A stretch of 64,000 bases of DNA from Lytechinus pictus (lineage: Eukaryota): positions 11,100,001 to 11,164,000 of the forward strand of contig NC_087252.1 in the NCBI RefSeq assembly GCF_037042905.1, written 5' to 3'. The notes below the pieces were generated by a model that had not been told where the DNA came from, searched no databases, and saw only the letters and a list, made by a program, of their open reading frames with translations. The stretch's first letter is position 1; every line of letters starts with the position of its first letter. The position numbers and the translations under genes are program-made. Shown piece after piece: positions 25,358 to 37,205 of this stretch.

Positions 25358-25843
25358 ACAGTGTAAAAAATTATTGGGTAATTTTTTTTTACCACCACGA
25401 GGGTAATAATGTGTCCAACCAATTTGGGGCAGTATTTTGGTGGTGATTTTTTACCTGATTGCTAAGAAAGCATGAATGCTTGTAAGCAAGCAACCAGTGG
25501 ACCGACGGCTTAAGGTCCTCTCCGAAGGACCTGGTACTGAGGATTAATGCCTTACCAAAGGGCACTAGCGCACCAAGTGGGAATCGAACCCGGGTCACCG
25601 GAATACGAGTCCCCCGCTCTACCGACTGAGCTATCGCGTTTTACCCAATGCGGGAAGCATATATTGTCCAGTTAGGTTAAAAAATAAGCAGCAATTACTT
25701 TAGAATGGGCAAAATTTTCATAACACTGGATATATAAAAATGCCCAATGTTGGTTGGACCATGGACCCTACTACGAAGTAAGGTCCATGGCTGGACACAT
25801 GATTACCCTCATGGAGCACTTTTACCCAATATTTTTTAGAGTG
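25358..25843. mobile_element. CAC(T)-ended non-autonomous TIR element with a nested SINE
   Basis: cacagtgtaaaaaattattgggtaa ... ttacccaatattttttagagtg; internal acccaa/ttgggt motifs. Confidence 0.55.
25438..25638 (-). mobile_element. tRNA-derived SINE
   Basis: Minus strand reads gcgatagctcagtcggtagagcg ... ccgggttcgattccc, then ccctttggtaaggcattaatcc. Confidence 0.8.
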
Positions 25844-26385
25844 CACCCCCCCCCCCATACAGGTCGATCCTAGGTTTTACCGGGAAATGACAATCCCGAC
25901 TTAAAACTAATAATGACATTTGGCAAGATTTAGTTTAGTGTCCATATCTCAGTTGTAAGAGAAGAATCACGTATACATGTAGGTCTAATTATTGCCATCC
26001 TCTGATGAAGCTGAATAATTTACGATGTTCTTATTTTATGGAGAATTCTAAATAAAGATCTGGCTGAGAAAGAAAGAGAAAGATGTTTGTAAGAGACTTA
26101 AAAAAATCTATCGATGGGATAGATTTCTATCCTGTAAACATGTTCAGGATTTCAATTTGACTTCCTTATTATCTTTTTTGTCAATCAGGATATTTGCATT
26201 ACAAAAAAGAAACAAATTATAGTGATTAAAGGACAAGTCCATCCCAACAAAGTTGATTTGAAGAAAAAAAAGAAAAATCCAACAAGCATAACACTGACAA
26301 TTTCATCAAAATCGGATGTAAAAAAAGAAAGTAATGACATTTTAAAGTTTCGCTTAATTTCACAAAACAGTTATATGCACATCCT

Positions 26386-26544
26386 GGGGAGTGTTTCATC
26401 AACATTTTCGTCCGACAAGTTGTCAGATCTGACATCTTTCCTTGATTTTGATTGGCTGTGAGGCACTGTTACTATGGTAACTGTCGGATAAAACAGGACT
26501 TGTCGGATAAAACGTCCGACAAGTCCTTTCATGAAACGCTCCCC
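26386..26544. mobile_element. Harbinger-like MITE nested in the T2-like element
   Basis: ggggagtgtttcat ... atgaaacgctcccc, inserted at the host cctgg (CWG-type) site. Confidence 0.7.
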
Positions 26545-26564
26545 AGGTCGGTATGCAAATGATG

Positions 26565-26760
26565 CACTCTTAAAAATGTTGGGCAACATACGGTCCACAC
26601 AACAATTGGTTAAAACTTTATCCAATTCTGGGTAGTTTTACACCAATACTGTGTAGTTTTCACCCAAAGCACACATTATTGGTGTAAAACTACCCAGAAT
26701 TGGATAAAGTTTTAACCAATTGTTGTGTGGACCGTATGTTGCCCAACATTTTTAAGAGTG
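26565..26760. mobile_element. CACT-ended palindromic MITE (EnSpm/CACTA-like), 2-bp TSD
   Basis: tg|cactcttaaaaatgttgggcaac ... gttgcccaacatttttaagagtg|tg; near-perfect ~75-bp arms; truncated relative at 24107. Confidence 0.8.
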
Positions 26761-27809
26761 TGGAACTGATGACATCACTCACTCACTATTTCTTTTGTAT
26801 TTTATTATATGAAATATTCTAATTTTCTCCTCATTTTCCAATGAAACAAATTTTTATTCCTCCCTGAACATGTGGTATTACCATTTTATGGTTTAGATAA
26901 ATTGATCCTTAATGTCAAATTGGTAAAAAAAATGAAATATTTTATGATTCAAACAATAAAAAACAAAAGAAATAGTGAGTGATGGACATCATCGACTCTA
27001 TCATTTGCATGTCACTGAGTTGTGAATAGAACTGTTTTTTGAAATATAAGCGAAACTTCAAAATGTCATAACCTTCTTATTTTACATCCGATCTCGATGA
27101 AATTTTTAGCATTATGCTTGTTTGATTTTTCTCTCTTGATTCAAATCAACATTTTCTGGAGTGGACTTGACCTTTAAGAAAATCAGTTAGTTTATGAGAG
27201 GGTATATTTATGTAGAGACTAGAGAGACCATATTTGGCTCCTTTTATGAATCTTACTACGGTGCAGTCACACAGATAGGACGAGATTAAGATCGATCAAA
27301 GACATTGCATTGATTCTAACCATACAGTTTCGGTTGCAGGAGTGTAAACGTTATCTTGTGTGACTGAGGCTTTGGAAGGAAGGAGTACCTGCCCCTCGAT
27401 CGTATAGAAACAACATCAAGGTCATTACAACATCATGGAGATAGAATAATATACGTCCTCATGTTTCATGACTGTGTTCAATATCACTTTCAAGCTCTTT
27501 ATTAATAGCTTGGCTTGGTTTCAATTATCTAAGAAATATTTGCATGTGAATCATTCTATATTATAGCTTTATTGTCGCAATCGATAAATGAAGTAGTTTC
27601 CGCGTATCAATATGACATTGTACTAAATATGTCTTCAATTAAAATGAACAGCCCCTTCTTCCTTCCTGTGCTTTTGTTACACATTTATTTCTAGAAGAGC
27701 TTATAAATCTGAATGTGATGCAATCGCATGTAAAACTTTTTTAATTATGATTACTTGAATCATTCTAGATTTGCCCTTTTCGAGAAATCGCTAAAATTTT
27801 GAATATTTT

Positions 27810-28065
27810 CTGTTTCTGTTTGTGGTAACTCCCGTAGGAACTCGGCAGGACAGCATTTTGCTGGTAAACGCCAAGCTGGTATATAACCAATTACCTAGGA
27901 AACATTTTACGTCTAGGTTAATCAGTCATAGTGGCTGACCTTATATACACCAGATATTACTCTTTTGGCCTTTTTATCAAAGTGGAGACAATGGCAGAGT
28001 GGGGATTCGAACTCACAACCTTGCGATTATGAGTCCAATGCTCTAACCACTGACCACACGACCCG
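27810..28065 (-). mobile_element. tRNA(Met)-like-headed SINE (copy 1)
   Basis: Minus strand gggtcgtgtggtcagtggttagagcattggactcataatc..gttcgaatcccc with (aacaga)n tail; second copy at 52710-52974. Confidence 0.8.
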
Positions 28066-29003
28066 TGTGGTCCATGTTATTAAGGGAATAATTTCGACAA
28101 AAGGCGAATTCAGATGGAATTGGTACTGGTCAAACATTGAGCATCAGTAGATCACCAGATGAAAATCAGGCCTACAATACATGTTCATTCCGAGAGTGTT
28201 ACAACTGACGGTCTAAATGATCAGAATGTTTTTCCCAGCCAGGATAAAAAAAAAATATATTTTCTTTTTCTTAATTGTTCCCCCTTTTCAAGACTCCTGA
28301 CCACATTCATGTGTCCTTATCCACATTCTACGCGTTTGGTTAGCAAGTTATTTCCACCCTATCCCATAATGCCTTTGTCTCTCCGGCCTCTGCCCCCCCC
28401 CCCCCTTTTCAAATTTTGTTCTTTCTGTATCTAATTTTTGTGTGTCTCCTTTGTAAAAAAATATGTGCCATTATTAAAACGTCGAAAGTTATAATCTTAT
28501 ATCCACATATGATTAAGGTTCGCTGATAAAAAATATTTTCACTTTCACCGTTGAATCCGACTTTGTACCCTTGCTCGGGGATTTTTTCTCTAATAAAGTC
28601 CGTAATTGACTTGATTTTTGCATTCATGATGAATATGCAACATAACGTATACAAAGCTTATACATATTTTAGAAAAAAATAATACAATTGTCATAATTAT
28701 AATCAATGAAAAATAAATATTAACAACTTACATTATTCAGTTCAAAGAAAATATCACACTTTAAAAGAATGCAGGAGACCGCCATCTTGAGCGATTGAGC
28801 ATGAAAATGATGACTTAATTATTTTTGTGAAAAACAAACCAAACTTGAAAATTCCATACATTCCTTATTTTACATTCTAAACGAGATTACATATTTAGTA
28901 TTGTTTACTATTATTATCATTCAATTACACTTGTCATTCAATTACACTTGCAATTGATACACTTGAACCTTACCTTTACAAAAATATCCCCCCCCCCCCC
29001 CAG

Positions 29004-29247
29004 TTCTATTGGCCAAGTCAGCCGACAAGCTATGTTGTCTACCGTGTAATCATCGCTTTCTACCAGACCCTATGGAACTCCTTGGTCATCATTTACTGGG
29101 ACGATACTCGCTTCTATCGGCCTATCGATAGCAAAGCAAAATGGCCGATATATCTGTCGAACTGGTCCTTTTTCTTCCTCACCTTGTATTTCGTCATAGC
29201 TGCGGCGTCTGCTGTGACGTATCATTTCAACAAGAACAAGGCTAAAG
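29004..29247 (+). CDS. Rolling stone-like membrane protein, exon 2
   Basis: cag acceptor; YR..IA.Y and KWPIYLSNWS motifs; g|gtat phase-1 donor. Confidence 0.85.
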
Positions 29248-29647
29248 GTATATTAGTAAAGAATTCAATTTTCTCATCAATATCTCTTGAATTTTCTTTT
29301 CAAGCTCTTTTGAAGGTGGAATCATTCCATCCCGAAGCGAGATATTTTTTTAAACTACAAATCTAAAAACATCATTGCCAGTAATATCAACAAAATTATG
29401 CTTCGTTTTATAAATAAATGCAATCGACAGATTGATTGACTATGGAAAAATGTTGCCAACAGTAATCGTTCATTCAAGAGGACGACGAGGCTTTAGAGCT
29501 TCTTCTTTAGGCCTGAAGAGACTGTAACAAGTTAAAAGTGCATATATAGCAATAATATGAAGAATTCCATTGTAAAACATTTAGGGACATCATGATTCAT
29601 TATTATAAAAAAATAGTGTGTGTTGTTTTTCTTTTCCCTCTGTTAAG

Positions 29648-30336
29648 TATCTTCGACATCACCAGAGTCAGTTCGGATGGGATCCATCAAAACAACTTCA
29701 CCGATTCTACCCTCGACCGAGGATCCGGCAGAACCGGACTCCTCCCTTACCAGTCGACCGTTACCATGGTACTTCAAGGTCACGTGGTGCCTCCAGACTA
29801 TTGCGTCATCCGCCGTTCTCTTCGTTGCCATGGGTTACTGGTTCTTCGAATACGACCCAGCGCTGGAGAAACTCCACGTCTTCACCCTCCACGTGCACGC
29901 CGTCGGGACGGTTCTGGCAATAATCGACTTTACGGTTTCCGCGCATCCGTTCCGGATACTCCACTTCGTCTATCCGATGTTATATTTCACGGTGTATGTG
30001 ATATTCACCGTCATTTACTACTACGCGGGGGGTCTAAACCCGTACGGTGGTAAGGAGATGTACGAGGGGTTGATAGATTGGGAAGATGGTGTAAAACCAA
30101 GCGTCTTCATGGCTTTAATGTTTACCTTTGTGGTTGGTCCGGTGTTACATGCCATGTATTTTGGACTGTACCTCTTGCGTCGTCTCGTGGCCGGAGAGAT
30201 TTCGGTGTCGTGTCAGCGGTGTCGAAGGAATAAGGGAAGTGATAGGGATGACAGAACGGGATGGACAGGCGATGTAGAAAAGGACGAGGATCGAAAGAGA
30301 CTGGACAATAATATTGAAAATGGCATCGCAGAATGA
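29648..30336 (+). CDS. Rolling stone-like membrane protein, terminal exon
   Basis: aag acceptor in phase; K.TW.LQ, GYW, HVH, P.RILHF.YP, Y..F..IYY.AGG, Y..IDW motifs; spliced total 337 aa. Confidence 0.88.
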
Positions 30337-30404
30337 ATATATTTTCAATGTATTGATATACACAATTAATCATTAGTGGCGTCCTAGGACCTATTTAACA
30401 AAGG

Positions 30405-30550
30405 TGATGATGATAACGATGATGATGATGCTGCTGCATGATGATGATGGTGGTGGTGATGATGATGGTCATGATACTGCATGGTGATGGTATGATGATG
30501 ATGGTAATAAAAATAATGACGACAATAATGATGATGGTGGCATTGGTGGC
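30405..30550. repeat. Degenerate (GAT)n microsatellite
   Basis: Direct inspection. Confidence 0.9.
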
Positions 30551-31282
30551 GGTTATGTTCCACAGCATAAAATGGACCCATATAAAATGTTTCAAGATAT
30601 TCAAAGGCATATTCTCATCCAATAAATTTGGTCTTTGATGTGCGCCAATTGATGTTACGTGATACTGTTGAGTACAGCTTTATAGTCTAAGTGATCCAGG
30701 GCTTCAGTTCGTTCAGCTAGTTCAATGACACAAAAGCTGACAATTTAAAACTATCAACTGCAATCTTACTTTCTGGTAAATAAAAAGTAACTATTTCATA
30801 CGCATTTCATTACACTTGTTTTTTCATGAAAATTCATTGGCCGAGATTCAAATTATCAATAGTGACCTAACGTTTCAGGAGCGCTCCCGTCCTTGATCAT
30901 GTATTTGCCTCTCAGCAAGAATAGGTAGTTTTCGCATTTACCATGGGGGAAACTCTTTACAACGCATCGATTCCTTTAAAAATGCAACTTTAAATCACAA
31001 TGAGGCTTTTGTCGAAAGTTGGTGGACTGGGAAAACATATCATCCGAATAATTGCACCTGACAAACAATTGCAAATATGTCGTTGTCCAGAGTCCAGAGA
31101 TTCCGATGCTGTCCCGGTCCACCAATTGTCGACAAAAGCGACTCAGCTCTTCATTGTGCTTTGACTTGTATTGTTATAGGAAGTGGTGCGTTGCAGAGAG
31201 TTTCTCCGTAGTAAATGCGAAAAGTTCGGAATAACAGAAAACACTCAGTAACGAAATCCCTGAGTTTGTTTCAAGTAAATTG

Positions 31283-31720
31283 CCACTTGGTCTACACCCA
31301 CTTGGTCTACTTCCCGTTTGGTCTCATTCCTCGTGGTCGAATTCTAGCTCGTCCCCAACCAGTCTACTAACCATCTGGCCTACATCTCATTTAGCACATT
31401 ACCAGTTCGTCTAATTTTGCCATTCAGTCAATTAACATTCTCTGTGTCTAATTTGAAGTTAGGATACAACCACCTCGCCTAATATCCACTTGGTCTAATG
31501 CTCTTTGGTCTAATTTTATGGTCTGTATATGAATCAAATTTTCATTTTACAAAATGCAAAATAATTATTAGACTAAATGGGAACTAATCTATCAGGGAGT
31601 TAGGGTAAATGATGATTGGACTAAATGAGCATAAGAACAAGTGCAGTGTACACTAGACGGTAAATACAGACCAAATTGGTATAGCCCTTATGGTATTATA
31701 GACTATATGAGACGTAGATC
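31283..31720. repeat. Degenerate foldback repeat of ttggtcta / tagaccaa motifs
   Basis: Left half rich in ggtcta, right half in tagac/ggacta; similar blocks at ~680-1055 and ~53890-54280. Confidence 0.55.
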
Positions 31721-34700
31721 ACTATCAGCATCTGATATGTATATATTGGTTATTCTCTGTGTATTATGATCCTTGAAGTACTTTATAAAGTTTAGGTAAC
31801 ATTTCATAGCATTTCAGTCAAGTTCATTTCTAAATTGTGGCTTATCTATCATTATCATTGACTATACTTTTGAAAATGAACTTTATATTCCATATTTCTT
31901 TTCATCAGCAATAAGTAACCTCGCAACAACTTTGAAATTCTATGAATCGATTTTTTTACGTCCTTTTCCAAAGATGCATCGAGGACCGCTATTCACAAAC
32001 AGAAGAGGGGCTTCTGGCTAAATATAAAGACATAACATTGTAATGAATATAAACACTGCTAAAAACATCATAGATGCAGTTTATTTTCACAATTATATTC
32101 AAATGTTGTTATACTATTTAGAAACTAAAACCATTATACAGAATAAGGTTTATTACTCATTAACATTAAGGGAACTTTTAATAGACTATTCTTACAATAA
32201 GCTCCAATATAATAATGTGGTCACTTTTCGTTCGTTAGATGCTATATCAAAAATAAAACACTGAGTAAAGTTGCTATTAAATGTCTCGAGTATTGTTCAT
32301 GAACAGTTACCTTCTTTCGTTATTATGAATAGAAATACAAGTGAATATGTTTTTATGACAAATCTTTATAGCAAGTAGACCTCACATTGATGTTGTGTGC
32401 AGTGTGGGGTAGTGTGTGGGCAGGGGCAATTCATTATGGTATAGATTTTTATAGGTATAAAAATAATGTTATCATTTGTAAAATGGCCAGGAAATATTTG
32501 GTCAAGGTGTTGCACTCTAGGTAAAGAAAAGGGAACAATGTGACTAATTTAGGAATTGAAACGACACTGCTTAAGTGAATATAAATTGACTTTGATAATA
32601 TGTACCTTTCAAGCTACGGGCAAAATGGCAGCGGACCAATTCATGGATCTAATATTGTAATAGGAAAAGCACAATAAGACATGGCGATTTTTGTACATTA
32701 TGTTTATTCAAAAGTCAAAGAGGATACACTTATATGCTAATTTTGGCGTCTAGATTACAGTGTTAATAATAAAATAGTTTATTAAAGTAATCTCAATAGT
32801 ACCATAATTATCGTAACTTAATTAAGAAAGAGAAAAGGAAAGGGCAATACTGATTGAAAAATGACAATGAATGATAATACTGATACTACAAATAATTATG
32901 AAAACACAGATTTATTTTGATATCAAAGAATGTTTTCTTGTCATCTATTTAAGTCTATCTTAAAGTATTACCTTTTCCAAAGATAAATTCGAATTTTTTA
33001 AATATTGATGCATTCATAAATTATGTAGTTCAAAATTCTCAAAATTCAGTCTAAATTTTGAATAATGATGTATTTAGGTCCAATATAATTGTTTTTCCTT
33101 TCCCTTATCTCTTTCTTTGTTTCTTTCTCTCTCGTACTCCCTTTTTAGAGCGCAAATAAACTTAACTGTAATTTGCGCTACATAAAAATTTAATATTATT
33201 ATTGAAATATTTCTTTGGCACCCAGTAAATACCCCCAAATACATCCCTCATCGCAATTTTTACACTAATGTTGCCTCCCCCCAAAAAAAGACGGGGAAGG
33301 GGGGGGGGGGGCAAAGGGGACGATGAATGCAATGGGTTAGGCTTTGAAAAAAAAGGATTTATCCAACATCAAGAAGTTTCTGCAGACACGATATCTTGTT
33401 TTCTGAATCCCTAGAATTTCTGAACCACATCCATAGCATCCCATTCCTCGTCTATCTTCGATCTCTTCCCCTTGTCCCTTCTGCCCCCCTCGTTTTATCA
33501 CCAACTACCTTTGGGAAACGCGTTCTTCCTGCCGCTCATTCTAGCTCAACATGTAGTGCACGAAAGAAAATGAAGAAATGAAGGGCAGATCAAGGGAAAG
33601 GGGGAGGGGCTGGGCATAAATATTTCAGAATTTTCGACAAACAAGAGGGAAGTTCATCGCTCGCCCCCAAACAACCTTATCATTTTCCCCAAATCTAAAA
33701 GAAAAAAAAACAAGATTTTTTAATAGCAATGTAAATAATCCTTCCCAATGTTTCAACAGCACCCTCCAAAAATAATAACAATGAAAATAATAAATCAATT
33801 GAATATATCATTAAATGATTGAATGAATAAATATTAAGATGAATGACTGAATAAACAAACGAATGAATACATAATTAAGTAAATAATAAGTATATAAATA
33901 AATAAATGAATTAATGCATAAGTAAATATAGAAAGAAAGAAAGAAAAGAAGGAAGAAAAATAATTATTCTAAACTCCAAAGTGAGGCAAAACATCGTTGT
34001 GTGAAAGGGGCCCCATTTCCTTGCACTGTCTTCCTCTGGATACATCCCTGTATATATTCTTCACGATCACCTGCTTCCAGTTCTTGACGTTGAAGCAGGG
34101 AAATTCCCTTTCAGTTTGGCAGAATATATTCATATACGACGTAATTTGGCCTTTTGACAAAACTGCGGCTAAATATACGCACAACTTGTGCCTGGATCCA
34201 ATCATTGAATATGAATATAATTTCAGAATAATAATACTTTTCCTTCCTTTTTGAATCATGCCAAACAATGTAAAAAGCTGTGAACAACCTGATTACTATT
34301 GTTGATTTTTTAAACACTAATGTTTATTTTCTTATTATTTGCTGTTTAAAGGTTCAACATGGTATAGTATAGCAAACTATAGTTTACAGGATTAAAATAT
34401 TCGTTTGAACTCGCATTGAAAACTCTAAACCAGGCTGTCCAAGAGCTATATGCCTACATTTTAGCTTTTACAATATATGCAAAATTAATAAATAGCAGCT
34501 TTGCATCGCCTTATATCGTACACTTTACGGTATCATTTCATACATCGCTTGTTCTAAAATATCAGTGTGTTCACCATAATAAAAAACAACAATTTCACTG
34601 AAACTTTGTATTCTTATCATCCAAGCCTTTAATTTGACGACAAAGTTAGATTTTTTTTACTACAATGACTACTACACTACCCTTCATTCGCCATAAGTAT

Positions 34701-34842
34701 TGCCCCATGCACACAATCTATGACAAGTAAAGAAGCAAGACTTTATTGACTTTATGGTATATATTCATGATTTGACAAGATGTGAAGTATCCATCTCCAA
34801 TTTATACAGAAATAACAGCCAATTAGAGTGATCCAGAACATA

Positions 34843-35082
34843 CACTGTAAAAACTGCGGTGTAAAAACTGACACCTGTTGGTGTTAATAGAGGACCACAC
34901 CGTGAGGTGTTAAAATTACAACCTAGAGATTAAAAATAACACCAAAGCGTGTAAATGTAACAACCAAAGGTGTTGTAATGACACCTAAAGGTGTAAAACT
35001 AACACCACCGATTCAACACCGGTGTAAAATAACTGGTGTGGTCCTCTATGTACACCGGTTAACACCACAGTTTTTGCTGTGT
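34843..35082. mobile_element. CAC-ended small MITE
   Basis: cactgtaaaaactgcggtg ... caccacagtttttgctgtg; inner agaggaccacacc / ggtgtggtcctct. Confidence 0.6.
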
Positions 35083-35508
35083 AGCACCGAAAAAACAGAA
35101 AAGTGCATTTACCAAAAGTCAACGATTCGTGCATGAATGGGACAATAATGATGACGGCAACTGAAGTTATAACGAACACGGTGTCCCACAGTGCATACTC
35201 ACAGTGTGGAACACAATATGAAATAATCTTCACGTTAAATTTGAGCATTTAAACAGTGTGAATCACATATTCACACTGCTGAAATGCTCTAGTCGACCAT
35301 GTGAACACGCTGTGACTAGTCACACTCTCGAGGAGTCCACAGTGTGAAAATATCTTCACTGTTGGATTTGAATATTTGAACAGTGTGAATAATATATCCA
35401 CATAGTCCACACTGTGTGACACTGTGTTATCTCCAGTAGGTTATAAACATGTATTATACTGGTATTGCTATTTAGGCCTACATTCAATTACCATCCAAGT
35501 TCCGTTAA

Positions 35509-36109
35509 AGGGATGGTCCAGTCTGGAGATATCTATATCTCAATAAATAGAGTAAGATTCACAGAGCAAAATGCTGAAAATTTCATCAAAATCGGATAAC
35601 AAATAACAAAGTTATTGAATTTTAAAGATTTTCATTATTCCGGTGAATCAGTTCTATAGGCATGTATTCGTGAATATTCATTAGGCGGGCTGATGATGTC
35701 ATATCCCCACTTGTTCTTTTGTATTTTATCATATGGAAATTAGGTTTATTCACTACCAAAAACGAAGACAATTGGATTGACAGCTTATTAAGTGCATTAG
35801 TTATTTATTGCCGCAACTTATTTCATTATAATGGAGACACATCATTTACACACGTATGAAAAAAATGAAACAATTATGATTTTATGTAATAACATTAGAA
35901 AAAGGAAAGTGGGGATAATGACATCATCAGCCTACCTAATGAATATTCATGACGATGTGCACATAACTGTCTTCACAAAATATTGATAAACTTAAAAATT
36001 CAATAACTTCATTATTTGTAATCTGATTTTGATGAAATTTTCAGCATTTTGCCTATTTAATTTTACTCTATTTATTTAGATATAAATATTTTCAGCCCGG
36101 ACCATCCCT
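35509..36109. mobile_element. Kolobok/T2-like MITE, second subfamily
   Basis: ttaa|agggatggtcc ... ggaccatccct|ttaa; partial relative at ~37890-38365. Confidence 0.8.
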
Positions 36110-36327
36110 TTAAGAACATGTTCATTTTACCATCGTCTTGCTCAAAGCGGAACGTGAAAATGGTTGCCAATTTGGCGAGTGAAAGCGGAATAAAATGGTG
36201 TCAATTTCATCATATAGAGTCAATCATCGTGATCACTGTGTACTCATACACACAAAATATATCACAATATTATTTATATTTAAGTGGTTAATATTATCAC
36301 GTATCAAAGTGGTATTTCTCAATCTGT

Positions 36328-37205
36328 TCCCTTACAAAAAATTCCTGCAGTACTTTAGTGGTACTCTGTTGTACCTGTGTGATACTTCTGTCATACACGA
36401 CAGTACCGCAGAATTACCACAGGACTTTTGTGGTATCACTCTGTGATAGTTCTGTCATACTTCTGTGGTACATGAAAATATGAACATTTCCTGCAATACC
36501 TTAATGGTACTCTGTCGTACCTGTGTGATACTTCTGTTGTACAAAACTGTATACAGAATTACCACAGGACTTTTGTGGTATCACTCTGTGATAGTTCTGT
36601 CATACTTCTGTGGTACATGAAAATATGAAAATTTCATGCAATACTTTAATGGTACTCTGTCGTACCTGTGTGATACTTCTGTTGTACATAACTGTATACA
36701 ATATCACTCTGTGATAGTTATGTCGTACTTCTGTTGTACATGAAAATTCTAAAATATCCTGCAGTACTTCTATGACAACCCTGCGATACTTCTGTTGTAT
36801 ATGAACATTTTTTAAATTTCCTGCAGTACTCCTATTACTACGCACTTCTATGGAAACCCTGTGATACTTCTGTGGTACATGAACATTTTGAAATTTCCTG
36901 CAGTACTCGATCCTATTAAAGGCACTTCTATGTGATACTTCTGTGATACTTCTGTGGTAAATGAAAATTTTGAAATTTCCTGCAGGACTCAATTAGGCAC
37001 TTCTAAAATTCTATGGCAACCCCAGTGCTATACTTTCAAAATTTCCTGCGGTACTTCTCATGCAGCCACCCCAGAAATATGACTGAAACTGTATCACAGA
37101 CGTTATGGTGTATTTTCTGTGGTACATGAAAAATTTAGTTTCCTTCAGTACTTGCATGGAAGCCCTGTTTGTACCACAGACTAATTTTTTTTATTTCCAG
37201 TGAGG
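36328..37205. repeat. Minisatellite-bearing element (ctgtgatact / ctgcagtac units)
   Basis: Degenerate tandem units; starts cccttacaaaaaattcctg, the reverse complement of the terminus at 52462-52480. Confidence 0.6.

Larger units (their letters stand above)
26230..27173. mobile_element. Kolobok/T2-like MITE carrying two nested MITEs
   Basis: ttaa|aggacaagtcca ... tggacttgacct|ttaa. Confidence 0.82.

Noticed and set aside
27990..28065. tRNA-Met gene (CAT anticodon-like)
   Set aside because: No acceptor stem or poly-T terminator; continues into a body shared with 52710-52974, so it is a SINE head (likewise 1753, 8070, 25638 and 61242)
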